A DNA stretch of 64,000 bases from Mobula hypostoma (Eukaryota): contig NC_086097.1 in NCBI RefSeq assembly GCF_963921235.1, forward strand, positions 120,530,001 through 120,594,000, read 5' to 3'. Below are positions 36,265-49,984 of this stretch, one piece after another; position 1 is the first letter of the stretch; each line of letters starts with the position of its first letter. The notes beneath the pieces are model-generated. The model was not told the DNA's origin. It ran no database searches and worked only from the letters and a program-made list of their open reading frames with translations. The translations under genes were made by a program, and so were the position numbers.

Positions 36265-36777
36265 GCAGGAATGCTATGCAGGAAATGGTGATCTAAAAAA
36301 AGGCTTGCATTCAAAAATCAATTAAAATATGTATAGCTTCCAGTTCTAGACTCTACATCTATTGACTCTTAATCTTATCAAATTCTTGCTGTAGGCTTCA
36401 TTATCCTTATCAAGCCAAATTGCGCTCTCAGATCTAGGGTTATTTGACAAGCTGAAAAATGTGATTATTTTAATTATTTGTGTGAGTATTTTATTGGCTG
36501 ATTAAATTTATTAATAATTCTTCTGATAGAGAAAGATAAATCTACCAAAAATTATATTAATTCCAATTCCACATTCTCAAATTGTACATGATATGTGTTC
36601 AGTTATCATTCATATCATTCATGTGTATGATTGAATTTTTAAAATCTAACATGTTAAAGCTAATTTGGTATGAAAAAGAGATATAGCAAAACATCTTGAT
36701 TTAACACTTCATACATCCTCAAAATCCCCAAGTTGTTTTATTACCAATTAGATATGTCTGAAATGTAGTCATCATTG

Positions 36778-37365
36778 TGAGGTCTCCATCAGTCAGAATC
36801 AACCATGGATGTTGTAGCCTTGCTGTCTGGATACCCTAGGCCTGAGTCGACATAGTAGTAGTGTCTAGATACTCAAGCCAGAGCAGTACAATAAGGAGAG
36901 CAAGCTCTAGCCCATGTAGCAAACTCCCTCTCTCCACACATCTGATGAACCCAAAGGAATGGTAGTGACCTATATAATTTGGCACCAGCACCATCACAGG
37001 AGTTGCCTGTCAGCATTGAACTCAACTGCCTCAGGGACTTTTCCTTTGGGGTTTACTTCCAAAGCTTTCTCCAAGAGTGGGTATAGCCACAAGGCAGCAG
37101 AGGTCTGAGATCAGAGTCTTCCTTCTCCTAGGAGAGCTGCCATCCATGGCTGATGAGCCCAATCTACCCGAAGTAACGGGTTTGAAGGCATCAGTAACCC
37201 ACTTTTGGCTCCTTCTCCTACAGGCTTCGTAGCTAAGCCACACATGAAGGCCAGGAGCTGGACATAGTTGTGAGAGGCTACCTGAGGCCCACGCAGTTGG
37301 GGGCATTTAATAGACAGTGGGAGATTGTCCCATTTACTACCCCCAGCTATAACAACCTTAAGGAA
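36778..37365 (-). mobile_element. RTE-derived SINE-like element
   Basis: GC-richer non-coding block whose 3' part is related to 49190-49312; its 5' part has HDV-like ribozyme features known from RTE 5' ends. Confidence 0.55.
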
Positions 37366-37499
37366 TCAGATGAAATGGAGCAGACAACTCATGGACATCA
37401 AGCTCTAGGTATCGTTATAAAATAAATAAGCAAATAAACTGTTTCAATGGTGTTGGTTCAATCACAACACAGGGAGATTTAAACAACCTATAATCTCCA

Positions 37500-38055
37500 C
37501 TTCAAAGTCAAACTAAATTTATTTTTGAAGTACACACGTACATATATGTCAACATATACCGGCCTAAGATTAATTTTCTTGGTTATAGGAAAATAAAGAA
37601 ATACAATATAATATATGAAAAACTACACACAAAGACCGACAAAAACAATGTGCGAAAGAAGTCAAATTATGCAAATAAAAACTTAAAAGCACAAATAGAT
37701 AGATAGATAGATAAATTGAGAACATGAATTATAGAGACGTTGAAAGGCATCTGTAAGTTGTGGAATCAGTTCAGGACTATGGTGAGTGAAGTTGTCCATG
37801 CTGGTTCAGGAGCCTGATGGTTACAGCACAATAATTGTTCCTGAACCTGGTGGTGTGTCTTCCTCCTGACGGTACAGTGAGAAGAGAGTATGGCCTGAAT
37901 GGTGGGGATCCTTGATGACGGATGCTGCTTTCCTGTGGCAGTGCTCCTTGCAGATGTGCTCGGTGGTGGGAAGAACTTTGCCTCTGATGGACGGGGCTGT
38001 ACCCATCACTTTATTTAGACTCCTTCATTCTTGGTTATAGTGTTTTCCATAACAG
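37500..38055 (-). mobile_element. Rex1/Babar-type LINE 3' fragment
   Basis: HCHRKAASVIKDPHHSGHTLFSL; the host continues at 38886 after the insertion. Confidence 0.8.
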
Positions 38056-38061
38056 GATGCA

Positions 38062-38885
38062 AGGAGCTTAGGAGAACGATGGCGCCTAACGGCAACTCCT
38101 TTGCTTGCATCTTTGGAAACAGCTCTATTTTTATCTTTAATATCTCTTTTTTTTCCTTTTAAAGGTTCTGTTGAAGACCCTGACCTGGAGTTACATGCTG
38201 ACTTTGGTTCTTTGCGGAAATGGGACCCACTTTCGGGGCCTCACGACCAGCCACTTTTCGATGTGCCAAGGACACAGCCTGGAAGACTAGCACGCCTTCA
38301 GGGTGCTGGATTTTCGTGGCTCTAGAGACGGGCGGATTCAAAGTCAGTGCTGCTGCCTGATGTGTCATGGGAGAACATGAAAGGTTGAAAGCAGTGAGCT
38401 GGCTGCTGGCTGTGTGCCCAGAGACCTGAGTTCTTTGGGCACAGAGCTTGGAAAAAGCGATGTAACAGACTTTTAACACCATGAATCAGAGAGTTGCTTT
38501 GTTATGTCTGCCCTCTTGCTATGAAACAGGGACACTTCTTTTTCCCTTATCAGGGAGAGAGAGAGCCTGTGGTATGGCAAATACCAGGTGAATGAGTAGT
38601 CTTTGAGGTAGTGCAAGTCTGTGTCTTTATTGATGCTTTGCTGCATGCTTGAGTGATCGGTGGAGGATACTGATGTTTTTTTGCTGGTGGGGGAAGGGGG
38701 TCATTGCTTTGTTTCTGCTTATGCGTGGGAGGGGGGAGCTGGGGGGGCTTTGCTGTTCTAACATTTTAACTGTTATTCATTCTTTGGATATTCCTCTGTT
38801 TTCGTGGATGTTTGCAAAGAAAAAGAATTTCAGGATGTATATTGTATACATTTCTCTGACATTAAATGTACCTATTGAACCTACT
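38062..38885 (+). mobile_element. Non-coding retroposon of about 820 bp with 6-bp TSD
   Basis: GATGCA at 38056-38061 and 38886-38891; 5' GATGGCG motif; LINE-like 3' end AAGAATTTCAGGATGTAT...ATTAAATG...TTGAAC. Confidence 0.75.
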
Positions 38886-39744
38886 GATGCATCCAGTCAG
38901 GATATTCTCCGCGGAGTGTATTTCATACCATTCCTTCAGTTCTATCTCGGATTCATATCTTTGAATGAACTAGCATTTTTTTGTGGTTTCTTGAAATCCA
39001 TAAACTTTGCCTCTTGGGTTAGTTCCAACCTTTGCCTCGTTGCATTAGCTCGGCCTTAGTTCCACAAAATCTCTGGCCACGCCTTGCTCTTAAATGGCTT
39101 TTCAGGATTGGCATCTCTCATAGAAATTTCTGTGAGTTACCTGCTCTCTTTTAATAAACTCTAACTTAAATCTTATTTGGTCTCCCAATTGGTCTTGTAT
39201 TTTAGCAGCAGTTTGCAAGAAAACAATCAATATCTTTGGCATTGGGCCCCTTTTAGGAGTTCAACAGAAGGGCAAAGGTGAACCAAACTTCCAAAGACAT
39301 ATGGTCTCGTGGGTTGACTGGTTATATGAGTGTAATTGTGTGGGTGCGGACTCGTTGATCCAGGAGGGCCTCTTACAGTGCTCCATCTCTAAATCGATTT
39401 TAAATAAACAGAAAATGTAAGTAGTTGAAATTCTCTTTGATTGTTTATTTTAGTGCATAGCTGGTACTTTCCATTTTTGTTTAATTCTACAATTACTTTA
39501 GAAACTATAAATTTTACGTTTTTTTTTCAATTTTTGCTGCCAGTTTCGATTATTAATGTTTACATTCAATAGCTGAACACTATTTTTGTATAAATGCCTT
39601 TTGTAGATATGAGGTTATGTGTTGAATTTTAATTTGAGTTTACTAATTGGTAAAATGAATATCTATTTACTTCCGTTAGTCCAGAACACTCGGGACTCGG
39701 GTAGTGTTGGATTAGCAGATTTTCCCAACCATTAGATGTGACAA

Positions 39745-40005
39745 AGATGTCCCATTAGAATTTGTCTCTTTAGGACAGAGATAAGGAGAAATTTATTTAG
39801 TCAGAGGATGGTGAATCTGTGAAATTCATTGCCACAGATGACTCCGGAGGCCAAGACGGATTCTTAACTAGTAAGGATGTCAGAGGTTATGAGGGGAAGG
39901 TAAGAGAATGGGTTTGAGGGGTTGATGGAATGTTGGAATGGCAGAGGAGACTCAAGGGGCCAAATGGCCTAATTCTGCTCCCATGTCATGTGGCCTTATG
40001 GTCTA
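39745..40005 (+). mobile_element. CR1 3' fragment
   Basis: TTTAGTCAGAGGATGGTGAATCTGTG and AATGGCCTAATTCTGCTCC...CTTATGGTCT. Confidence 0.8.
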
Positions 40006-40316
40006 ATGGATTTTCAAGTTAATGTGTCAACACTCTATCAATTAGCTTATTTAGAAGTTGTCCCAGTGAACCATGGTAAGTTTAAAGGAAGCATGCAAGC
40101 TGGACCTCAGTATGTTTAAAGGTTGCAAGGGATCCAAAGCCTTAAATATTTGAGATTGTGGAATTGGTACTCAATGTAACAGATATCAGACCACCTAAAC
40201 TTCCAAAGTCTAATTGTCGATTACTGGAATTTAATACAAATGGAATAAACATGTAGGCAAAAAAGTTATACTTTATTTACATAATCTTGCGTGTTAAGTT
40301 TCTATAAATTTATATA

Positions 40317-40680
40317 TACACTCAGTCGCCATTTTATTAGCTACCCCTGTACACCCACTCAGTAATGCAAGTATCTAACCAGCAACTCAATGTATAAAAG
40401 CATGCAAATGTGGTCAAGAGGTACAGTTGTTGTTCAGACCAAATATCAGAATGTGGAAGAAATGTGATCTAAATGTGGTCTCTGATTCAAGCTGACAGGA
40501 AGGTGAAAGGTAACTTAAATAACCACACATTACAACAGTGGTGTGCGGAAGAGTATTTCTGAAAGCACAACACATTGAACCTTGAAATGGATAGGCTAGA
40601 GCAGCACAAGAACATGAAATATACACTTAGTAGTCACTTTATTAGGTATCGGTGATACCTAATAAAGTGGCCACTTAGTG
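40317..40680 (+). mobile_element. Non-autonomous Tc1-derived element, copy 4 (internally deleted)
   Basis: Left TIR at 40317; inner TIR 40622-40650 and outer TIR 40654-40680. Confidence 0.85.
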
Positions 40681-40709
40681 CCTATAATATGAATATAAAT
40701 ATATCAAAG

Positions 40710-41085
40710 TCATAGAGTCGTGCAGAAATACAGCAGAGAAATGGGCCCCTTTGCCTATCTAGTCCATGCTGAACTGTTATTGTCTGTTCGACCTGTACCC
40801 AGACCATAGCCCTCCATACCCACCCCCATTCATCTACTTAACCTAGCTCCTCTTAAATGTTGCCTATGATCCCACATCCACCACTTCCTCTGATATCTTG
40901 TTTCTACCCTCACCACCCTCTGAGTGAACATTCCCCCTTAAATATTTCACTTTTCACTCTTAACCCCCGGCCCCTACTTCTAGTCTCACCCAACATCAAT
41001 GGTAAAAGCCTACTTGCATTAACCCTGTCTATACCCCTCATAACTTTGGAAACATCTATCAAATCTTCCCTTGTTCTCCTCATTC
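40710..41085 (-). mobile_element. CR1 3' fragment
   Basis: CATAGAGTC...TACAGCAGAGAAATGGGCCC tail and CR1 C-terminal coding remnant. Confidence 0.7.
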
Positions 41086-42078
41086 TTCTGTAGAGATGAT
41101 TTACTAAGGCACTGACATGCAGTTACACATGGCTAGGTGAATTTATTATGCATGTGCTGCCCTCAATGCCTTACTTTAAAATTTAATAGTTTCTGTCTTT
41201 TTTTTAATTCCAGTGGGATAATAATGAGGTATTTATGAAACAGGAATAGATAAAGTATTGGCCATTCTCTGATATTTCGGTTTGGGGATCAGTTGGATGT
41301 CTTTCCAACGGTATAAACTGTATAAAATGCCATTTCTTATAGAATATAATTTTACAGTAATTAGCCACTCCATAGAGGCTGCCTGACCTTTTGTGTCCTT
41401 CCAGAATTTTGTGTGTGTTGCTCTGGATTTCCAGCATTTGCAAAATATTTTGTGTTTCTTGTAATGGATTAAGTTTAAGTTAAGTTGGATTAAGTTTATT
41501 TTCTTTACTGCTGTAAATACTGTACAATTGTTCTGTGAGTTTCAAGATTCTGATCAATGTTGAGGTTGAACTAAATGAATCATTTTAATCTTGTAGTAGA
41601 AGGACATCAAAACTTAGCTGAGAGCTGAAACCACAAGAGGCAGTAACATATCTTGAGGTGATTCTGATATATCATCTTGTAGGGAGACAGTTATCACAAA
41701 ACCTTGAAGTCAGATTGCAAACAGGCTCTCCTTTCCTCGGCCAGCCATTGAATTATGCATGACACGGTAAATCGGTTAGTGTTAAAGTCACTTTCCGATC
41801 CCCTTATCAGCACTTTAATTTTAAACTTGACTGTGTGTGAAATGTCAATCATCCACCTCTCAGTTCCTGACCTACTCACCGTGGAGGATGCTAACAGCTA
41901 ATATGGCAGCGAGGTGGTCTTGCATTCAGTACAAGCACTGCTCAATGACATTTTATAATGAGCTAATGTTTAAAGCTATTTGAAATGTTGAATAAAATGG
42001 ATGTTGAAAATCCAGTGTTCATATTTCTAAACATCTGGAATACCAGACAGATGTTGACCTTTTAAATGAGGGGCGAAA

Positions 42079-42626
42079 TACGCTCAGTGGCCACTCTTAA
42101 AAAAGTGGCCACTGAGTTAATGTTTGTGGTCTTCTGCTGCTGTAATGCATCCACTTCAAGGTTTAATGTGTCCTGCATTCAGAGATGCTCTTTTGCACAC
42201 CTCTGTTGCAATGCATGGTTGTTTGAGTTACTGTCACCTTCCTGTCAGCTTGAACCCAGTCTGGCCATTCTCCTCTGACCTCTCATTAACAAGGCATTTT
42301 CACCCACAAAACTATTGCTCACAGGATGCTTGTTTTTTGCTTATCGCACCATTATCTATAAGCTCCAGAGAGTGTTGTATGCGAAAATTCCAGGAGGTCA
42401 GCAGTTTCTGAGATGCTCAAATCACCCCATCAGGCACCAACAACCATTCCACGGTCAAGGTCACTTAGGTCATATTTTTCCTCATTCCAATGTTTGGTCT
42501 GAACAACAACTGAACCTCTTAACCATGTCTGCATGCTTTTATGCATTGAGTTGCTGTCAGATGACTTGATTTTTACATCAATGAGCAGGTATACGGGAGT
42601 ATCTAATAAACTGGCCACCAAATGTA
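42079..42626 (-). mobile_element. Non-autonomous Tc1-derived element, copy 5
   Basis: Collapsed hairpin CTCAGTGGCCACT-CTTAAAAA-AGTGGCCACTGAG at 42083-42116; minus ORF KYDLSDLDRGMVVGA. Confidence 0.85.
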
Positions 42627-45479
42627 GTTTACTACAACTACAACAGAAACATCATTGCCAAAGCAAGCATTCTGACTCTGAGAAAAACAAGGAAGTTAAA
42701 TAGCCACAAATACAACAAATTCAACGACATATGCCGGTGATATCAAACCTGATTCTGATTCTACTTAAGCTACAGCAAAGGCATGTGTCACTGAACTGAT
42801 GAAGTTAACACCTACCTGCAGTCTCAGAGAACTGGGTGTATGCTTGATCAGAGACTGGTTGTTATCTGCAGCGTAATACTTGAGGAAGAGGCTCTCCAGT
42901 AAAATTGATTAGATTCAACAAAATGTCCGCCAATCTTCAGGGTTTAATGAATATTGAATTAAATTCACTATGTTCTAAAGACAAATGTGAGACCACAGCT
43001 CAGATTGGTTTATGCATATGGGTATTGTAATGATTTTGTACCTTAGCCAAGGCCAGAGAGTTGGAAATAATAATTTTCAGCCTCACTAAGACAGCCTGAA
43101 AATCATAATTCACCTTAAAAAAATGATGTATAATTAAATGCAGGCATCAGTAACCATGAACCCGTCAGGCTCTGGCAAAAATCCTGCTGGATCAGCATTG
43201 TTCCTCAGGGAAGAGAATGTGTGATCATTAGATAGTCTGGCTGTAAATGAAACTAATCCTACGGCCATCTGACTTGTTATTACCTATCCTCTAAAATACT
43301 CTAACAAGTAACTCTGTAATACCAAAAGAATGTAGGAGATAATAACAGAAATATGTTGTAGGGTCCCTCAAAATTGATCTGCTGTTCACATGCTGATCTG
43401 ACCTGAGTCTCAACTTCAATATCATGCCTATTTCTCATAAATCTCGATTCTTCTATACTCAAACAAATCTGGCTACCATTGTCTTGAATAACATTTACCC
43501 TCCACAGATCCCACAGCACGTATTTAGACATTTGACCCATTGGTTCCACACCAGCAATTAAGCTTCAGCAGACTGCCATTTTCATTCTCCCTGTATTGCC
43601 ATCAGCTTTGCCCAGATCTGACCACTCAGCTACACATTATAGGGTATTGACAGTGGCCATTTTGATTAAAAAGGAACAAATTAATATACTGGTTTAAAAA
43701 TAATGAACTGAGCTCTGTGAGAAAACATTGTTAATATTTTAATTGTCTGAATTTTGTATGCCTTAGATTGCTCACTTTTTACACTACTTAATTATTTTTA
43801 TATATTATTTTATTGTAATTTATAGAATATTTTATGTATTACACTGTTGTGATCGTATTGGGTTCACTGTCTGCAGAGCCCTAAATCTGAAAGAAAATTT
43901 TAAGTCCTAATCCGATATACGTGCCCTCACTATAGGGAGGTTATACTGTATCCACCTACTCTTCAACAATGAACTTATTTCCTTGCTTACTCTCTGTGGT
44001 GAGGTATGGTTGTTAATACCCATTACCTGAGAAGTGGTCCCCCTCCCCACCAAGGAGGAGATACTCCTAGCTAACAAAATAGTTTAAACACAGCTTATTT
44101 TAATTTTAATGATACATTTTTAAATTTAGACGAATAGTTCTTTACACACAGTTAACACTCGTAAAAGATTGCAAATCTATAAAAGATTTCTGAATTACAA
44201 AATATTTACAAACCACAAAGGATTTCAAAAGCATCAAACATAAAATGCTCGAGGAACTCAGCAGGTCGGGTAGCATCTATGAAGATAGATAAACTGTTGT
44301 TGTTTTGCGTTGAAACCCTTCTTCAATATTTCCAAACGTATGTACAATTCTTCTGTACTAGAAGAACATATCAACAAGTTGCAAACAAATGAGTCGTCCA
44401 TCGCAGAAACTAAAGGTTGAGGAATGAATTCCAGTTCCTCTTTCTGTAGCCCCATGCTTTTTGTCATTATCCTTGTCATTCCTAGTAATCCCCAATGCTT
44501 GTGATGTTTATAGTATTTTCTTCTGGGTGACATTATCTGCAAATGATATTTTCCAGATACATTTGCTGGGACAAAGTAACTGACACAGATAGCCTTAAAA
44601 TGTTCTGGAGATAGGGATCCCAAACATCCACAGTTAATGCTGTGAGGGATGACCAAAAACATGACAACTTTGATGTGCTAAGTGACACAACCCCACTGAT
44701 TTGTGTTTGACTAATAGAGATAAGAAGTCTTCATTTTGCAAATTGTGACTCCAATTAGCTGCTTAAAACTTAAATTAAGAACTGAAGGCTGGTTCTTGTT
44801 TATAACAAAAAGCTGAACAAAGAACATTTGTTAAATGTTTAACTTCACACTAACAATTCAGATCCTTTGAAAAGGCCATGCCACTGTGCTAGAAAGCTGA
44901 GTTTAGCATTAAAAATCTTGGGCCCTGGAAAGTGAATATCCGTTTTACTGTGCTGCTGCTGCAAAACAACAAATTTCATGACATACAGCATTAGGGGCAT
45001 TTAAAAAGCTCGTAGATAGTTACGTAGATTATAGAAAAATGGAGGGTTATGTAGGTGAAAACCATTAGATTGGTCTCAGAGTAGGTAGAACATCACGGAC
45101 TGCAGGGCCTATGCTGTGCTGCTATGTTCTATGTTCTGCATGTTAGTGATAAAAATTACTCCAAAAATAAACCTATCAGGAATAGCTTCTTCCCTTCTGC
45201 CATCTGATTCCTAAATGGACATTGAACCCTTTGACTCTACCTCACTTTTTTAATATACAGTATTTATGTTTTTTGCACAATTTTTAATCTATTCAATATC
45301 CATACAGTATACTGTAATTGACTTACTTATTTATTTTTTTTTCTATATTATGTATTGCACTGAACTGCTGTTGCTAAGTTAACAAATCTCCCATCACATG
45401 CCAGTGATAATAAAACCGATTCTGATTCTGATTCTATTATAGCAAGAAAGCCCTTTGGGAGTGTTTATAGTGAGAAACG

Positions 45480-46482
45480 CTTTGGATTCTTCCTTCCTTC
45501 TGTAGGTAGACCTCAGGGAAGTCCACTTTGCTGAAGTGTTTTCCTCCAAAAAGGTTTGCAAAGATATCATCTATTCTGGACAGACAACATTGATCTACTT
45601 TCAATCTGTGGTGACCTTAAAATCACCAAAGAACTGACAGACCAATTCACTAGGCTACTGAGATCACTGGCATTGCCCATGGGTGCCACTCAACCTTAGG
45701 AAGAATTCCTTCAACCTCCATGCAATCCAGCTCACTTGCTACATTATAAGGAACCAGACGGCTTTTTCAAAACTTGGGTGTGGTATTTTCATTTAACACT
45801 ACTTTACCCTTGATATGTTTGAGATTTCAAATGCAGTCAAACTTTTAAGCAAACAGTGTCCCTTTAAACCCAATGCACTCAGCAAAATTGACACTCCCTT
45901 CTCACCGGCTATTCCATTTGCTTTAAAATACTGCTCACTCTGCTCAATATACAATATTCAGTTATCAGTTGTGTAATCAAATGTGTCAATCTTTCTGCTG
46001 TTGCCTGCCATTTCTTGCTCGTTTTTTATGGTTATTATCATCCGATACTCATCGTTTATGAACTTGTGATTTTTTTCCATTTTGTGCCTTTTTTTAAACT
46101 CGATCATTTTTTTCTTTTGCAAAGAATATGTGCTGATCTGAAGAAAAATAACATTCTGTGCTTTTTTTTAAACTCAATCGTTCCTCACTGTGCTTCAACA
46201 GATACTGTAGGTAGTCACCTCGGGCTCATTTTAAAAATGTGTCAAAGCTACTGTTATGTTTTATAGCTCCAAAAAGTAATTGAAAGGGAAACACAGATGT
46301 CTATAATGTGTGTCCATCTTTGATTTTACTTTAAACGAGGGACACACTTATTGCAGGGTGTCATCATGATGTATACAATTCATGTATTTTTACATATAGC
46401 CCATAAATGCATTATGTAATCAACAAAAATCCTTAATCAAACAATATGTTTACAATATTACTAAAATATTAAATACACTACA
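45480..46482 (-). mobile_element. Deleted Gypsy element (Mag-like): 5' LTR with gag and RT remnants
   Basis: LTR 46252-46482 (TG...CA). From 46011: MAGNSRKIDTFD...EQYFKANGI...VSILLSALG. Further on: GDFKVT and RIDDIFANLFGGKHFSKVD. Confidence 0.8.
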
Positions 46483-46629
46483 GGAAGGAGTGTTACTCAT
46501 ACATTTGACATGATCACATAATCAACTAGCTATATCAGAAAATACTTGGAAGCATTAAGGACAGAGATATGGACAGGAGTGTCCTCACAGTACATTATAT
46601 AACGAGGCAGCTGGATAATATTTCTATTT

Positions 46630-48326
46630 GAGCATGAGCAGTCTGTTGTCGGCCCCCAACCAAAACATATCCCACTCTCCCCTCCTACCCCTCCTCACAG
46701 TCCCCCATCCTGCTCTCATGACTATACCCCTTCCCCACATGAAACCACCACGGTGGGCTTCACAGCTGAATAGGTGAGAAGACAGCTGAAACATCTCAAC
46801 CCAAGCAAGGCTGCAGGACCGGATGGTGTCAGTACCAGGGTGCTCAAAGCCTGTGCCCCTCAGCTATGTGGAGTACTTTGCCATGTATTCAACCTGAGCC
46901 TGTGGCTCCAGAGGGTTCCTGTACTGTGGAAGACGTCCTGCCTTGTCCCTGTGCCAAAGACATCGCGCCCCAGCAGCCTCAATGACTACAGACCGGTGGC
47001 ATTGACCTCCTACATCATGAAGACACTGGAGAGACTTGTTCTGGAGCTGCTCCGGCCTATGGTCAGGCCACACTTAGATCCCCTCCAGTTCGCCTACCAG
47101 CCCCGACTAGGAGTTGAGGATGCCATCGTCTACCTGCTGAACCGTGTCTACGCCCACCTGGACAAGTCAGCGAGCACTGTGAGGGTCATGTTTTTTGACT
47201 TCGCCAGTGCGTTCAACACCATCCGCCCTGCTCTGCTGGGGGAGAAGCTGACAACGATGCAGGTGGATGCTTCCCTGGTATCGTGGATTCTTGATTACCT
47301 GACTGGCAGACCACAGTACGTGTGCTCGCAATACTATGTGTCCGACAGAGTGATCAGCAGCACTGGGGCTCCACAGGGGACTGTCTTGTCTCCCTTTCTC
47401 TTCACCATTTACACCTCAGCTTCAACTACTGCACAGAGTCTTGTCATCTTCAGAAGTTTTCTGATGACTCTGCCATAGTTGGATGCGTCAGCAAGGGAGA
47501 TGAGGCTGAGTACAGGGCTACGGTAGGAAACTTTGTCACATGATGTGAGCAGATTATCTGCAGCTTAATGTGAAAAAGACTAAGGAGCTGGTGGTAGACC
47601 CGAGGAGAGCTAAGGTACCGGTGACCCCTGTTTCCATCCAGAGTGTCAGTGTGGACATGGTGGAGGATTACAAATACCTAGGGATACGAATTGACAAACT
47701 GGACTGGTCAACGAACACTGAGGCTGTCTACAAGAAGGGTCAGAGCCGTCTCTATTTCCTGAGGAGACTGAGGTCCTTTAACATCTACCGGACGATGCTG
47801 AGGATGTTCTACGAGTCTGTGGTGGCCAGTGCTATCATGTTTGTTGTTATGTGCTGGGGCAGCAGGCTGAGGGTAGCAGACACCAACAGAATCAACAAAC
47901 TCATTCGTAAGGTCAGTGATGTTGTGGGGATGGAACTGGACTCTCTCACGGTGGTGTCTGAAAAGAGGATGCTGTCCAAGTTGCATGCCATCTTGGACAA
48001 TGTCTCCCATCCACTACATAATGTACTGGATGGGCACAGGAGTACCTTCAGCCAGAGACTCATTCCACCGAGATGCAACACAGAGCGTCATAGGAAGTCA
48101 TTCCTGCTGGCAGCCATCAAACTTCATAAATCCTCCCTTGGAGGGTCAGACACCTTGAGCCAATAGGCGGGTCCTGGACTTATTTCATAATTTACTGGCA
48201 TAACTTACATATTACTATTTAACTATTTATGGTTCTATTACTATTTATTATTTATGGTGCAAATGTAATGAAAACCAATTTCCCCCGGGATCAATAAAGT
48301 ATGACTATGATTATAACGATGACTAT
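46630..48326 (+). mobile_element. Young 5'-truncated Rex1/Babar LINE (RT with a few frameshifts and stops)
   Basis: KAAGPDG, NDYRPVALTS, DPLQFAYQ, FFDFASAFNTI, GAPQGTVLSPFLF, LQKFSDDSAIVG; (GACTAT)n tail. Confidence 0.95.
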
Positions 48327-49984
48327 TTGCTACACTATGGATTTCTGGTTTTAGATGTTACTGGTGAAGATCAGTGATTACTTCCTGGTGGCCAATAAAA
48401 CAAAGAAAACAAAGAAAACAACTAAATACTTTCTTCATCACACTTTTTTAGGTAAACGATCATCACGAACGATTGCATGTATCCTTGGATACAGGCTCAG
48501 TGAGTCAGCAGAGGTGAGGTAATAGACCCAACGCCGAGAGTGAAGAAAGACCCGAAGTTCAATTGATTTAAGTGCTGGACCCAATTGGAAAGGTCGGATA
48601 CAGGCCGAATCGAGCCAGCAGGATCCAGGCCCCTGATCGTATCAAAGCAACAGAACCTGATGGTTGGAAGATTATTTGAACACCGGGCCAAATTGGACAG
48701 GTCAGAGTGTCTGGGCCAGAGGTAAGGATTGCATAGCTTAGCTTGCTGCTCTGTGATATTTATTTGGCTCTGCGCTGAACTGAGGCTGTGGCTTCCTGCC
48801 TGTGGATGCTCTCTCTTTCTCCGTTCTGAACACTATTTGTTTGTTTTTATTGTTGCACAATTTGCTTTTTTTCTCTGCACACTGGGTGTTTGATGGTCTT
48901 TTTTTAAAGTGGGTTCTTTTGGATTTCAATGTTGTGTGACTGCCTGTACGGTGACAAACCTCAAGGTTTTATAAGGGACACATACTTTGATAATAAATGT
49001 ACTTTGAATGTTGAATTTATTACAATGCTCAGAATCAGGTCTATTATCACTGCCATATGTCATGAAACTTGTTGGTATGCGACAGTGGTACAATGCAATA
49101 CTTAAAAAAAAATTTGTGTGTGTATATATATATATATATATATAGTTGTTGGTGGTTGGCATCCAACTGTCCTGAAGGACAATGTGTCATGGAGAGGGGA
49201 GACTTGCAGCATGGGCAACTGCCGGTCTTCCATACAACCTTGCCCAGCCTGTGCTCTGGAGAGTGAAGACTTTCCAGGCGCAGATCCATGGTCTCACAAG
49301 ACTAACGGATGTATCCAAAAGGCAATCTTAAGATTAAAAAAATAATTCCGGTTCAGGTTAGAAAACAATTCCGATTGAGGTTAGAGACAGAATCAGATGA
49401 ATGTCAGATCTGGCAGGGTTTGCAGGCTTTTACTTCCTGCAATGCGACTCCTAATGTCATGAATGGCTGTGATGCGTCACTACCAGGTGAGCTCTAAGCT
49501 TTTTATACACGATTTGAAAGGGAGAATAAAAGTACATTTGTGTGAATCGCTGCAGCATTTGGTGACCCTGTGATCCCTATCTCAGAGGCTGACGTCGGAG
49601 CATCTTTCAAAAGGGTGAACCCTCACTAGGCATCACACCTTAATGATGTAACTGGTAGGGCTCTGCAAACCTATGCTAACCAATTGGCAGGAGTATTCAA
49701 GGACATCGTCACCTCTCACTGCTACATTCAGAGATTCCCTCCTGCTTCAAAAGGTCAACAATCCTACTTGTGCTCAAGACTTTCACCCAGAGGCACTCAC
49801 GTCTACTATGATAAAGAGCTTTGGTCATGGCCAGGATCGACTCCTACCTAAGCAAGAACCTGGACCCACTGCAGTTTGCCTATTGCCAGAATATGTCTAC
49901 AGCAGATGTCGTTTCATTGGCTGTCCTCTCAGCCTTGGATCACCTGGATAATAATAATGCCTATGTCAAGCTGCTGTTTGGTGA

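Noticed and set aside
37150..37175. CTGATGA...CGAA as a + strand hammerhead
   Set aside because: No pairable stem II and no GAAA or cleavage helix.
44258..44662. 134-aa minus ORF as a gene
   Set aside because: Its end runs through a Penelope terminus; no recognisable domain or good donor site.
46774..48166. Active LINE or host gene
   Set aside because: 5'-truncated, lacks the endonuclease, and has frameshifts and in-frame stops.
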